Source: Marsupella aquatica
Taxonomy: Eukaryota > Plantae > Marchantiophyta
Reading direction: 5' to 3'
Assembly (NCBI GenBank): GCA_973895155.1
Contig: OZ316891.1
Coordinates: 11,161,875-11,225,874, forward strand
DNA length: 64,000 bases
The notes below the pieces were generated by a model. The model did no database searches and was not told the origin of the DNA. It saw only the letters and a list, made by a program, of their open reading frames with translations. The position numbers and the translations under genes were made by a program. How positions within the stretch are numbered: position 1 is the first letter of the stretch; each line of letters begins with the position of its first letter. Shown one piece after another: positions 12,877 through 25,958 of the stretch.

Positions 12877-14557
12877 CTTTAAGGTCCTGGCGTGCAACGG
12901 TGGTGTGCGTGTTTATATAATATATATGTAGTCAAAAGACAATGCACATTTGCCGCATGCACTGGTGGAGAAAGGGTTGAGGAAAGCAATCTAAGTCATT
13001 TGCGAGTTAAGCAAGAATGATTGGGTTTTTGCGGAATTTAGGTTTTGCACTTAGTAAGTTGGTTTTCTTTGTAAATGTATAACTGCAAGGTTTCCTTTGT
13101 AATCCCTATTTCCTTTGTGAAACTGTGTAGTTATCCGGTTGTGCACTTAGGGTTGCAGTTATGGGTGATTGTTTAGTCGTGCCCTGGTTAAGTGCACATG
13201 CGTCTTTGTAACGTTAATTTTCTTTGTTACAGTGTGCAGTTCTGGAGGTTTTTCGGTTATGTGCTCTTATTTGGTTAAGTGCATGGATTGCTTGGTGTGC
13301 AGGAAATGACTTTGTAAAAACTGTGCAGTCAAGGAGGGAGGTTTTCTTATCGGTTTTCCCTCGTCATCCTTCCTTGCAATGTTGCTCAATTTGACACCTC
13401 TTGGTGGCCCCCTTCACGCCTCTTCGTGCGACCTTCAAATCTCCTTTTTACTTGTAGCCTTCTTTCACCGATCACTCGATCCAGGGCTCTGTTCTTCGAT
13501 TCCTTTCAGTGAGTTTTGCTGTTTTCTTTTGCCTCGGCTTTACCTGGCTTCCTTATCCGTGGTGTCCTTATGGGGATTGAGGCAGTGGCTACCTCTCTCT
13601 CACGTTTTCGTATCTCATTGCCTCCGCTTCAACTTCGAGCTCTCTTCCTCTCGATTTTTCTGCCCTTCATCAAGTTCAATTTGTTTTCGATTTCGTCCCT
13701 ATGGATCCTGCGATGTCCTTCTCTTCCTGCTTCGATTATTTCGTTTTTCACACCTTTTCAGCCTTGCTTTCCTCCTTTTTGTTTCGTGCTTTTGAATCAA
13801 TGCACGCTCTTCGCTTCACGATCCTCTGATCTTGCACTCCGCTGCACTTCAAAAATCACCATTCCACCTTCGACCAAAAAAGTGATGAATTCTCCAAGAA
13901 AATATGAGGCAACCTTCGTTGCCTTTCTTTCCTTCTGCTGTGTGCTCTCAGTTTCCTTATTGTTTTCGTCTCTCGATTCCTTTCGATGATCTTTGTAGCC
14001 ACTCTATGCCAATGCTGTCTCCACGTTCGCCTTCTTTTGAGCTTGTCTTGATCAATTTCGTCTCAGATTGTGGCCTTCTTCTTATCATTATACTGTTTGA
14101 GGGTTCTTCCCTATTGCCCTTTGTCGTTTCTTATGGGAATCTCCCCGGGTCTGCTTTTCGTCTCTATTTAGATTTCGTGGTGGGCTGCCGTGTATGTCTA
14201 GGCTCTGCCTTCTGCCTCCTTAAGTGATCTTCGATGTTCTTATGAGATCGTTCAGTCATGGCTCGGCCTTCAAATCATGGTAATTTCAGATTGCGCCTCA
14301 ATCTCTCGTTTCTATATCACATTTGCTGCTTTCGACCTTCTTCTCTTGATCGTCTGAGGCCAGATCGAAGTTTTCCAGGCTCCTTTCTGTTTTCGAAAAG
14401 TTCTTATTCGCTCTTCCTTTGGTTCGCTTTCCTAAGGAAAAACGAGACCCGTGTGCTCCATCTCTTATCACGCTTTGTCTTCCATTCGGCATTTTAAAAA
14501 AAAATTCAATTCTCCATGGTCTTCTCTTTCTTCTTTTCGGCTCCGCTGGCTGAGACC

Positions 14558-14571
14558 TCGTGCTGATAACG
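14558..14571 (-). promoter_or_regulatory. Primer-binding site complementary to the anticodon arm of tRNA-Ile (half-tRNA primer)
   Basis: Minus strand CGTTATCAGCACGA directly after the 5' LTR. It lacks the usual TGG of a 3'-end tRNA PBS. Confidence 0.75.
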
Positions 14572-14680
14572 TGTGAGAATAGAATGGAATGAACATGTGT
14601 ATAGTCGGGAATAGGAGTACATATAGTGGGACCAGGGTGACCAGCTGGTCCGGTCGTCCGGTCAAAGGTAGAGTCTAACA
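14572..14680 (-). repeat. 5' LTR (109 bp)
   Basis: Near-identical to 4129-4237 and adjoined by the PBS. Confidence 0.95.
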
Positions 14681-15024
14681 TATTTGAAAATCTCCAGGTT
14701 GGGTATAAAGTATATTTTAAAAGGCAATTTCATTGCAATAAAATAAAATAAATAAGCTTGGTAAGCAACATATAAAGCATTCTCTCAACCTCTTGACGCC
14801 ATACAAGTAAAATGGGAAAGAATATTAGAAATATAAGTAGGGGTGAATGATCATGAGGAAGGTGGGGTGAATAAGCCAGGGTTTGGTCACGCGAAGCTTA
14901 CATTGAAGTTTAATGCAAGGATTATTAAGATGTTAACATGTGGAAGGGTCTAGTTAAGAAAATATTGTTTTGAAGTGGTATTGAATGTTAGATTTTTGGA
15001 ATGTAAACTCTAGAGTATTATAGC

Positions 15025-15560
15025 CTTGTTTTTAAGTTACAACTTGTCAAGCAATACTCAAACCCAAGTTGAATACATGTGTATCAATTGCCTTAACTTA
15101 GGACCATATTGATTTTGAAGTTACAAATATATGGGGTCAAACATTATGCCCACCCTTGGAGATGTGTGTACCAAAATGCCTTGACTTGTAACCTTCTCGG
15201 ATAACCTTATTTTGATTTTGAAGTTACAACTAGGGTCAAGTAGTACACTAACCCTTGTAGATGTGTGTATCATAATGTCTTAACTTGTAGTTACCTTATA
15301 TTGATTTAATAAGTTACAACTGGGGTCAAATAGTACACCGACCCTTGCAGATGTGCGTGCAAGGATGCCTTAAATTGTAACTTTATATTGATTTTAAAGT
15401 TACAACTTGGGTCAAACAATACAGTGACCCTTGCGGATGTGTGTACCAAAATGCCTTAACTTGTAACCTTATATTGATTTCGAAGTTACAATTAGGGTCA
15501 AACATTACACCCACCTTTGCATATATGTGTACTATAGTTTATTGCCTTAACTTGAATAAT
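15025..15560. repeat. Degenerate tandem repeat, ~85-100-bp unit, ~6 copies
   Basis: Recurring ttgattt..aagttacaac..gggtcaa...acccttg..gatgtgtgtac..aatgccttaacttgtaacc. Confidence 0.85.
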
Positions 15561-17347
15561 ATGATATTGACCTTATAATTATAGTACCTGATTGATAATA
15601 AACTTAAGTGAATAACTTTAGGTACAAAGAGCTAAGTAACTTCTCTATTTGGAATCCAACAAATGACAAATTTCACTTTCTTAATATGTAATGTGCTAAG
15701 ATAACCTTAATAATATGAAACAAAATTACAAAAGACTCATCTACCTACCAAGAACATTGCTGTCTACAAATAAATTGCAAATTATGAATACTTATAGTTT
15801 TGTTAAGATCGCATAAATCTATTGTGTTGACTCATATAAAAGCTCTAAGTGTTGTTGTAAATAATTAATATACTAATATTTGCACATCCATATATGATAA
15901 TGCTATAATTTTTTAGCTTTTCTGATAATTTATTTGAAAATAAACACTATTATGATAAATAATACATGTGTGAAAATTAGATTTTAAAGTATAGATAGAG
16001 TCCATGCTTGATTTAGCTTTATGAGTGAACAATTTTAGCAATCACACTTATTCAATGGAGAATAAAGAGAGAAATAAACCTCTATTTCAAGCTTAGATGA
16101 CAGCTTGGGGTTGTTTCTTAGTGATGCCAAAATTTGTCTAGTACAAAATCATACAAAATTTCTCATGTCAATTGAATGGACCAAATATCAAGTCAATTCA
16201 CAAATAACAAATAAATACAAATTCTAGTCATAAAAAACATGCACTGATATAAACATTTACCTTGAAGGTAGTCACCATGAGAAATCTTAAAAAAATCTTG
16301 TATGCCACTTGAGTGTAGTTCCCCCTAGGCCTTATTCAAACATATTCCTTGAATACACAAAAATAAAATCATAAGCATAATCTCAAAACCCACTTACATA
16401 TTCAAGAATAACCAACTATTTTTAAAACATTAAATTATTCTATTATTATAAAATCTTTACAAAAATAAATTTATGACTTTCTATTGATTAGTAAAACATA
16501 CATTTAAAAAATAGAAATGAAATCAATTTGTTGCTCCTCTCATGAAGGTGCCTATATATAAAGTTACTCTCTTCACAACATGATCATTATGATTCTACAC
16601 TTATGGGTTTTTTCTTGGTTTCCATTTGCCATTAAAATTGATGAGAATTTTGTTTTTGTCATTATTAGACAAATCATGATAAATAAAGTACACTTTGCAA
16701 ACAAAAAAATACTTGTCTCTCTACAAAACAATTAAAAATCTAATGCTATAAACTAGTTTTTGAGTTTATGAATTTGTTTGCTAGTGATGTCAACCTTTAT
16801 TATGCAAAATTCAAAACTTTTAAAAATATCTCATAATTTTATAGACAAGTCTAATACATAATTATACATTGCACAAAAATGTTGCGAGACAATGAAGTGC
16901 AGGTGATTGCCTAGCTTCTTGCCTCCAAGATAGTTCGTTGCTCACCCTTGTGATGAATAATTTGTCACTTGAATAAGCGAGGTGATTGCTACAATGAGGA
17001 GTTGCAATGTGAATTACACAAAGAGGTGAAAAGAACATGAGAGAGGTGGAGACAAACAAATGATGACAATATTATGTACCACGCTAAAAGCTCCTTCCAA
17101 ATTCTTGGCACTGTATTTTTGGGCACATCATAGAGTTTTGGGAGACTTGATGTTTTGGGCACATCATAGAGTTTTGGTAGACTTGATGACCAGGAAAAAC
17201 TAGGAAAGAGAGCTAGTAAAACAAACAAATACAATATTATCAATGTGTAAGAAACATTGAGTTGGACCCACATACTACTTATACTCTCACAATGAAACAC
17301 TTCCCTTGTTGCTTTGAGTTAATCTGATTCTTAATGTACAGTTACAC

Positions 17348-17734
17348 TGTAGACTGTTAGATATTGCTTTAGTTTTGTGACTCATGAACTAACCATAGTT
17401 AGTTTAACTCGGGTTAGGACTTAGCTAATGTTAGCGCTAGTGCGGTTGTGCATATAGCCAGGGTTGATGCCAGACCTTGGTGGGACTTAGGCTCATTGTT
17501 ACGGAGCTAGTTGAGAGATAGGGACAGCTTGTGCTGTAGATGCTTGGTATGGCCGGTCGGTCTAGAGTGTAGTAAGGCTCTTGTGTGTTCCCGTGGACGT
17601 AGCTTCTTAAGGAGGTGAACCACGTATATCTTTGTGTCGACTATTGTGCGTTGGATGGTTCATGAGCTTGCCGTTATTAAAATATCGCTGAGCATAGACT
17701 ATCATATAGAGTGACATCTTATTATCAATCTACA
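17348..17734 (+). mobile_element. Probable solo or degenerate copia-type LTR
   Basis: Termini TGTAGACTG...CAATCTACA are inverted. Internal CCCGTGGACGTAG...GAACCACGTA motif is typical of copia LTRs. No TSD seen. Confidence 0.45.
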
Positions 17735-19362
17735 CCGGCATTGAGAAATAAGAACGAATAGTGGTAAAATCTGTTGATGATTCCAAGTACTAGGCAATTG
17801 GATTTTGTAGGCATAATAATTCTAAGACCCTATGCCATATCTGGACTGCCTCCCCCTTTGAGCTATTGTCTACGAGTGGCTGATCCGTCTATTTCATCTT
17901 TCCTTGCATGGCTAGAAGTCAGGAGCTTGAAGTTAGGGAAAGCCAAAGTTATGTCTGTAGTTGTGATGAAGGCGACATGTCTGTTTATTGGTGAAGTTCT
18001 TCTAACACTTCGACGGAAGCTGGGTTACTGTCACCTGGCTAGTACACTTTGATTTGCCACAGATATCGATTCTATTTCCTGAATCATGTGTGCAAAATGT
18101 ATCATTGCTACCTATGATTCCTGAGAGATCTAGAGAGTGATGATGTCATGACAATGATATTCAACGACCCTCATTCAATGCATTGAGGACCCTGCGTGCC
18201 GATCCCTACAGTACTACATGTTTCTTGGGGACGTACGCGACATTCAGTAGTGGGCACGGGTGAGCGAGGGCTTGGACGACGTCTGCGGTGGTACGAATTG
18301 GTACTGGTCGTAGCACAAGCTAGGAAGTCTTTTCCAAGATTAATTAAGCTTCTCAAGACTTGTGTGTGCGATTGGAGAAGGAGTCAGTGTCTGATTGAGA
18401 AAGGGTCATATCACAATCCATGGTATGATGGCGAAATTCCTCTCCAATTCATAGTTTATCGCAAACAATCCATACAATAGTTAGCACGGTACGATTTTCT
18501 CTGTGACACGACCTCATCCAGTATTCAGCACAGGGATGAAGATCAGAGCTTTACCGTTTGCGATTGTATCCAGATCCCTCAGTCTCTTCGTTGGAATACT
18601 TACGGGCCGCCTGCACACCTTACCCTCACTCAGTAAGTGATAGAAGTGCTTAGCAGAGTACGCTCGAATCAGCTAGCGTCAAGCAACTTCAATTCTCATC
18701 CATTTGTAGATGTGTGCCGTGCCTATCGAATTAGCTGGTGCTGTGGATCACACTGACGGGCTACCTCTGTATGTGCTATACATTAAAGCGGTTTGACTAC
18801 TAGCTCCACCATTCTCAAAACTTAGCTGGCAACACAACTTAGTTGCGTGCGGGGCTGCCATCGACTTGATAGTTGCAATGTCGAGTGCTCAACATTGATG
18901 CAGAAGCTCTAGCTGAATTCCATGCTTGCCAAATGATCCTGAGTACCTGTACTTTAGCTAATTATTTTGAGAACTTTCTTTCAAGTCTCAAAATCAGCCA
19001 GTATTTCAGTGAGGGTGGGCTTACATTTGCAATAATCAAATTGGATTGAAGTCTCGATATCATACGTCTTTCTCTTTATCGACAGCATCAAGTTCATGAC
19101 ATTGTGGTCTCACACAAACTTAGTCATTTCGGAAAATTCTATGTCTACGACGCATATATTATTTACGTTTTGATGCATGAATCCTCTAATTCAGTAGTCT
19201 CGAACGTGTTTCAATAGTGCAGTGACGATGCCGAATTGAGGGTTTCATTACTGGGACAATCAATCTACGTCAGCACTCAGCAGTAACAGTTTGACTGAAA
19301 GTTTGCTCATCCAGCAATACCGACTTGTCAGGCCGACCTTGGTCGGGTTGAATTGTTTCGCG

Positions 19363-20944
19363 ATGGCAGATACCCAGAAGATCAACTGGACTAGTACTGC
19401 CCTTCGTCAGCTCGTACAAGCAGTGATCGCGGTAGAGGAGGAGATTATGAAAGAAGCCAGCAGAGAACCGGGCCGGGAACCAAGAGCACATCGACGCTAT
19501 AGAAACAACCGAGTTAGCGGATTAAACGATAGAACCCAACCAGGTCAGAAATGGAACAGAATCGTGAATCTACTACCTCTTGAGTTGCGAGCTAAGGTTT
19601 GGAGCCGTCGACATCAAGTGTTCAACGATTTCAAATGCCGTCATGTGTTTTTCCAACTTCTACGGGCATACAGAGAGAAAAGTGGAGTTGGGACTACCTG
19701 GTATTCACGAATGACCAAACCATTGCAGAGATTGCTGAAGAAGTGGGAAGATCTCGTGAATCCGAGGAACACATTCAGCACCGCTCAGAACCTTCCTCGG
19801 AATCAAGACAAGATCTGGGATTCCATTTCTGAAGGATCAACTTGTTCAGAAACAGAAAGAGAACCTTACCTTTTTTCCGAGGAGGAACGTATTAATGAGT
19901 TGGAGGACCTCGAGGATTCTGAGAATGAAAATCCACAATTTGACAATGTGGAAAGAGTCGAGAGGGAGCACGTCCCTCAAGAGAAGTCTGTGAGTGGACA
20001 GTCTTTAGAATCTTCTCTAGTATCGGTTCCAAGATCCTTCACTAACCGCAAAAACTCTGCAAATATGGCTGAGCCTGCTTATAGGAGTGGAATTCAAACA
20101 CGGGCTAAGACAAGAGCCGACTCGGCGAATCATATTTCAAATGCGAGACCACCAACTAAGGTAGTTGGTTTCCTGGTTGCGATTCTTGAAAGTTGCTCTG
20201 TCACTGGCTTACTCGCCAGTGACAAGATCTTGTTCTGAAAGTTGGTATTTTCAATCCGAGCTATCATCGTAGATAATTTGAAATCTATCTCAACTGATTC
20301 CGTTTGCAATCCTTGTATTGCAGAGACCCAAGGTGAACGAGAACGGCAATGACAGCAAAGAGAATCGAACTCACTGGAATGAAGCTGCACGCCTTCAGGT
20401 CATAGCGGCTGTCATCGAGGTAGAGAAGGAGAGCAGGAGACAATCAAACAGAGGGAACCGTCCATCGATTGATACTGAAGTAGCAAAGTGGGACAGAATA
20501 GCGAGTCGACTACCTGTTAAACTTCAACAAAGGTGGAACGACGGGCAGGGATACAAAATTCGGTCATGGTTTAACAACCTTCGAGGAGCATACAGAAGGA
20601 GGAAGCTTCCTAGTCATGAAGACGGCGCACATCATTTAAAGCTATCTGGACCAGTATTGGAAATAATGAGGAAGCACGAAGAAGTTGTTAAATGCAAGGT
20701 TTCAGTCCGAGCCAAGGCCTACTCAAAATTACCAAGTGAAATTTCAGGTAAGAAGGGCAAGGCACACGCAAAGCGATCTCGTGTGGATGCAGTGACTGAG
20801 CCACTTGACAGATTCGCGCAGGAGAGTTTCAAGAAAATTATCAAACAAGAAGTCCGGGCCTTGTTTCACGAGCTGAAGATCCAAATTGAGGTAGAGCTGA
20901 ATAATGCTTGTGCGGAGATCATTCAGGTATTGATGCAAACTTGA
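19363..20944 (+). CDS. Tandem Myb/SANT/trihelix-like domain protein, paralogue 1 (exons 19363-20160, 20324-20944; ~472 aa; 2 domains plus C-terminal module)
   Basis: Phase-0 intron AAG|gtagtt...ttgcag|AGA joins two ORFs. Each carries the W..AR.Q...AVI.VE...KW.RI...LP...F..L..AYR domain. Confidence 0.8.
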
Positions 20945-22052
20945 GGATAGAGCCCGTTATTCTCAATCCCTTGATGCACATAGTTGATTAGAGCGATTCT
21001 TCTCTAAGATGTCCCGTTGTTGTCGAGATGTAGAGCTCTCAATGCTCTCCCAACTTTTTGATATGCATGGAGAAGTCAAGGTAAATTCCTTACTTTGTTC
21101 TAGGCATTGCAGGTTTGATTAGAATTTTAGCTACGTAAAGAAATTTTGAGATGAGAAACCACTCGGCCTAGACAGTTAGCCAGTAGTCGTACCAACTGAT
21201 TCCTATCACTGTACCGGCCTACTTTGAATGATATTCAATCAATTTGTTGGACTTCAATTTGATCTCAAGGTACGCAACGTTTTGGTTCACTACAACATTC
21301 GACAGGAGACTTTCTCAATTTTAAAACCCTAGTGGATGGAGAGAAATCAAGATGAAACCTGCCCCATCTGCCCCCATTAATCATTTGTCTGCTGAGCATA
21401 TATTACTTCTCCGAGCTATAAAGAGTAATGCTCTCAAATGAGGAGTACTTGGCCCTGAGTGCACTAGCACTTCAGCACCTGATGGCATCAACATATAATC
21501 TATAGAGATTTGCTTGTGGATTGTTGTCAAGGACAGATATACAATTGCATGATTACCATCAACCTCAAGAGCTTTTGCAGTCCCTCCATATTTGCTTCCC
21601 GGCATCAGAATAGGGCGTTGGCTGTATACTTTCCCCTAGAAATAGATAGAAAGGCGGCCTTCCCGAGGGGAAAAGTGACCCAGAGGTCAGTGAAATTAAA
21701 AGACAAGGGAGACTACATGCTCCAAATTTCAGTCAACAATTGATTACTAGAGACCAATTCTGTAGAGACAAAATTGATAGTCTAGTACAATTTAGCATGC
21801 ATTCTACTGTGTACAAAATTGATTCATTAATCCTAAGCTGGCAATTAATGATCATGCGTTAATTCGACCAGGCATGGAGTTCTTCATCAACATGTCAGTG
21901 TAAGTGCAACAGTCTCGGCCGCTTCAATCGATCCTTTCCTATACGTGTCTTACATGCAGTCACTGTTGCACAGTACCAGTACTGCTGCGGTTTCTAATGG
22001 AGTTTCGCTATTTAGGATACAGATGGTCACAAAATCGCCATAATTAATTAAC

Positions 22053-22260
22053 CATGCATGAGATAATTATTTCGGGATCGGAGGAAGGGCGTTGCGATTG
22101 AGACTCTCACAATATCGTCACAAGCCGAGTGAGTCTCACACCACGTGATCGAGTCATATGCCCATCACAACTGAATTTCCTCAGCCAAATTTCTGAAATA
22201 TATAATCATTTAAATGCTTAATGGAGCTGTGTATAGTTGGAGCGGCTTTATATATATATG
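22053..22260 (+). promoter_or_regulatory. Putative promoter of paralogue 2 (RY element, G-box, TATA-like tract)
   Basis: CATGCATG at 22053-22060, CACGTG at 22142-22147 and a TATATATA run at ~22249-22259, upstream of ATG 22475. Confidence 0.3.
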
Positions 22261-22474
22261 ACCTCGGTCCGTTTATGGTCACCATGTTTGCTCTGATGCT
22301 CCTGGCAAGTTCTAGTGTTCTAGTGTTCGAGTGAGTTCCGCTAGCCCATGTACACCATAGCTATTTAGTAGAAGCAACCTATTCTAGGGGACCTTAATTG
22401 AAGCGAAACTGTGCGTGGATCGTCGAACAGACTTTCCTCCACTGTATTCTAGCTGCAGCTGAAGTGTGCCATAC

Positions 22475-23434
22475 ATGGGGGTCAAGGGTGAGGCAAGGAT
22501 CCAGTGGAATGAGAAGGCACGCGTCCAGGTCATCCAGGCCGTTATCCAGGTGGAGTCGGACATTCTGAATCATGCCAACCAATGGGCTCTACTTTCAACT
22601 CGGAGGCTAGGAGAAAAATGGGAACGAATCAACAATCTACTCCCTCCTGAGTTGCAAGGGACGGCATCGAGCCGCCATGGTCGAAACTGCGATCAACACA
22701 AATGCAGACGTGGGTTTGGTGAACTCCTCAAGGCATATAGCGACCCCTTGCCGAATAGGCAGAAGGGCCCTGTACGCTACGCACTGACCAAACCAGTTCG
22801 TGAAATCATGAAGAAGCGGGAAGACCTGTTGAATGCGGGTATTTCAAATCATACCAATAGCACTTTGACCCTGGGAACTTCAAACGAAATCAGTCCTAGT
22901 GCTTGCTCAGTGAACGATTCGAGGCGAGTTCCATCTACCAGCTGTCAGTCAGATCTCAACATGCATACCAATCAAGAGCGTTCATCAGAGAGACAGTCTA
23001 AGCGCACGGCATCACCAAGGACAGCACCTTTCTTGTCCGAACACGTCAACGAGAGTACTGAGGAAGCTCGTTACTTCAATAAAAAGGCAAAACGAATAGA
23101 GATGAGTCAGCTTAATCGCATGGGGGCCGAAGAGAGACACAATTTGGGCTATTTTAGCGGCTGCGCATCAAGATATCTAAGTGCGGGCAAAGGTTCTAAA
23201 ACTCACAAGCTCGCAAGCCCTACTCTGGGGCCTCCATCCCGATGTCCGAGCGATTTCCAAGAATGTGGAGATATGGTGGAACCTTCTGAGCTACCGGAAG
23301 ATCAATCTCAAGCTCACCTCCCCACCAGAGACACAGATTTGAATTCATCTACAGGGCTACCATGTTACCATCTACGAGCCTCAAGTTCGGTGAGAAAGAG
23401 TACTCCTCGAAGGCTCCCTCGAAGACACATATAA
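22475..23434 (+). CDS. Paralogue 2 (~319 aa; 1 domain plus Ser-rich disordered tail)
   Basis: Single ORF: IQWNEKARVQVIQAVIQVE...KWERINNLLPPEL...KCRRGFGELLKAY...LTKPVREIMKKREDLLN. Confidence 0.78.
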   Translation: MGVKGEARIQWNEKARVQVIQAVIQVESDILNHANQWALLSTRRLGEKWERINNLLPPELQGTASSRHGRNCDQHKCRRGFGELLKAYSDPLPNRQKGPVRYALTKPVREIMKKREDLLNAGISNHTNSTLTLGTSNEISPSACSVNDSRRVPSTSCQSDLNMHTNQERSSERQSKRTASPRTAPFLSEHVNESTEEARYFNKKAKRIEMSQLNRMGAEERHNLGYFSGCASRYLSAGKGSKTHKLASPTLGPPSRCPSDFQECGDMVEPSELPEDQSQAHLPTRDTDLNSSTGLPCYHLRASSSVRKSTPRRLPRRHI

Positions 23435-25958
23435 GGTTTCATGAACCACCTGTATGTGGCAATTATGACCGCGCGCTTCTTCAACTTACCAGTTTTGTCA
23501 CAAGTCTCACTTGCTATGTATAATAAAAGTTTACTCTATGTTATTGTATTTGAAGTTAAATTTGTGCACCAGGTTGTAACGAGATTTTTGTGTAGAATTA
23601 ATTTTTTTGTTGGTTATCGACAGCAGCAACTCAAAAACTAGATCATAGACTTCTTTCAAACCAGGTGGACCAATGTTCTATGTACGCCTCGTCAGAATTG
23701 GAATTACTGTGATCTGTTAGGAACTCTTGATACAAAAATCAATCTAAGCCATTTGCATGAAACGTCTGAATTTTCTAACGTCAATCTATATATGATGAAC
23801 TCGGGCATGTTGCTGTCTTGTCCGAAAAAATGACACGTTCTACCAAAACATAACTCACCAGGATCTGAGAGATATCGTCCGCTTAACACTTTTTGCGTGA
23901 TTAGTTGCCAGAAGAAAGTGTTCAGACCCCAATCGCAGTACTATTGTTTCCTCGAGATAAGCCAGCGCGCTGCATTCCAATTTGCAGAAGCTTGACTTGC
24001 GCTGGAAAGATCTGAAATGTCTGATTTAAATGTGCTTGCATTCTGGTTCAGAGGAATATCTCAGCGAAAATCTAAGAGTTTTCTATATTCTTTTGTTGTT
24101 CCTTTCCAATGAAGAGCGTTCCAGTTGCCGAAGTATTCCCATTTAATGAAGCTTGCATTTCGACACTTCATAGTAATTCATTGAAAATGGTTGTCCAAGG
24201 TTGTAACGAGGGTGCTAACAGGTTTTTGACCCAAAGCAAGAAATTAATTAGTACCCTCAGCTAAGTGAAATCTTCAAACTAAACACCGACCCTTCTCAGT
24301 TCTTTCAAATTTTGAAATATACTCTGTAATTTAGCCACTGATATGATTACTTTGACAGTAAACTTCAAAGTTCATGCAAAGTCGGATAAAGGATATCGGA
24401 TAGGAACATATCTGATTTTCTGCTAGTGTTGGATTGATCCATGTAGGGTTAAAGATTTAATAAAATTCCCGGATTCAGTACTTCAGTGGCTGAAGGTCGA
24501 TCACAAGATTTTTCGAGTCTAACTGTTAGTCCTGTGACCGAACTTGCCTGTGATCTGAATGAGATCGATGGTTACATGACGGAGATCTAGCTGCGAGGAC
24601 CAAATGCACCGACATGTAGTTCACGAAGGGGACAGATCTAGGACGTACTGTGATCGAGACTGTTACAGTTAAGCACAATTCTGGTATATTAAGCATCTTT
24701 GTCTTCGTGCATTTGATCAGCAGACGCAGTACACTCCTTGCAGTTTAATTCCTAAAATTGTTCCCATAAGTAGACTTTCAAGTGGGTACAATTCAAAGGA
24801 TTTTCTGTAGAAGAGTATCCCAGGAGATTACTATCTCCAGATAAGTAATGTACCTGGGTCAATTGTTGTGGGCTAACTCTTCCCTTTCTTTGGGGTTTCA
24901 TAGATTTCTCTTAAAAAACAAAAAAAATTATAAAATAAAATAAAATGTACCGGGTCCGATCCTGCTACAGATTGTCTGAGTCACTTCACAGACTACCTCC
25001 CTTCACGAGGTCTTTTCAAAGCAACTCATGTCCGAACGGACCCACTTGGATATCTCACAATGCATCTCCGCTTCAAAAAAATTCTTATTAATCTGCTGCA
25101 TCCACATATCTACTGCATATATCAATTTTATTTACGATTCACGAAATGCAATGACTATTATTGGAGCACCCACTGCACGCATATGTACTCTGCTTTGTAC
25201 ATGCACATTAACAATTTGTCTGGTTGTTTCTGTAGAACCCTGTCGACTTCATCGATCGTCCATTCGTCCGTATCATTCAAGCATATATTATTTGAGCGGG
25301 ATTGAATCCAAGTAAGGATCACGAATACCAAGCACATTCTTACAGACGATCCAAGTAGTTAGATCCAGTGTTAGATCTCGGTGAGAGCATGGACTATGTC
25401 CGTATGAAAATCTAGCCGTGGCCGACAATTTGTACTAAGTACAGTAATTAAATGAAATCGTGGACGGTGGGTCCATGTGGGACATGTGGGTTTGTGGTAG
25501 CGTGAGTCGCGTTTGAAAGTACGGAGAATTCATTAACGGATAGAGTCATGTATGGTCATGGATTCACAAGTTGGCTGGGATTGGGTCTGTGACTAAGTGA
25601 CGTTATTCTCCATTTTGATGAGTACAGTACTCAGTTACCTGGTGGGTATGCTTTCAACGAGCGATGGCGACGGAGAACTGTAATCCGTGGGACTGGATAC
25701 ATAGGACACAGTGTGATCGAGACGGTCACTCCAATTCAAAGCCGACTATTGGTCCACAATCCACATATCAGGTCCACACTGCCTGTTGAACTTAAATGAT
25801 GTTGAAGATCGGAATTTTTTATCGTTGGCTCGCCCACCTTGTTTGGATCCTTACGCCTCTAGCCAGGATTCAGCAGCCGTGGCTTGAATTGTCAGCTGGT
25901 TCCACTCTGCAGATATCAATTGATTTTGAAGCCTTCTGTTCAATTTGGAAACTTCACG

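Larger units (their letters stand above)
4129..14680 (-). mobile_element. Full-length Ty1/copia LTR retrotransposon, Bianca-like lineage, inactivated, with two nested insertions
   Basis: Direct repeats 4129-4237 and 14572-14680 (TG...CA, 107/109 identical). 5-bp TSD TATTT at 4124-4128 and 14681-14685. Domain order gag-PR-INT-RT-RNaseH on the minus strand. Bianca-type motifs MTNLEKLTFPALEIDGGNYLEW, RNLLSFRDIR and GRPLGSKDK. Confidence 0.95.

Noticed and set aside
13379-14497. Plus-strand Phe/Leu/Ser-rich ORFs as membrane proteins or an env gene
   Set aside because: They are a by-product of pyrimidine skew antisense to the retrotransposon leader, overlap in several frames and show no motifs.
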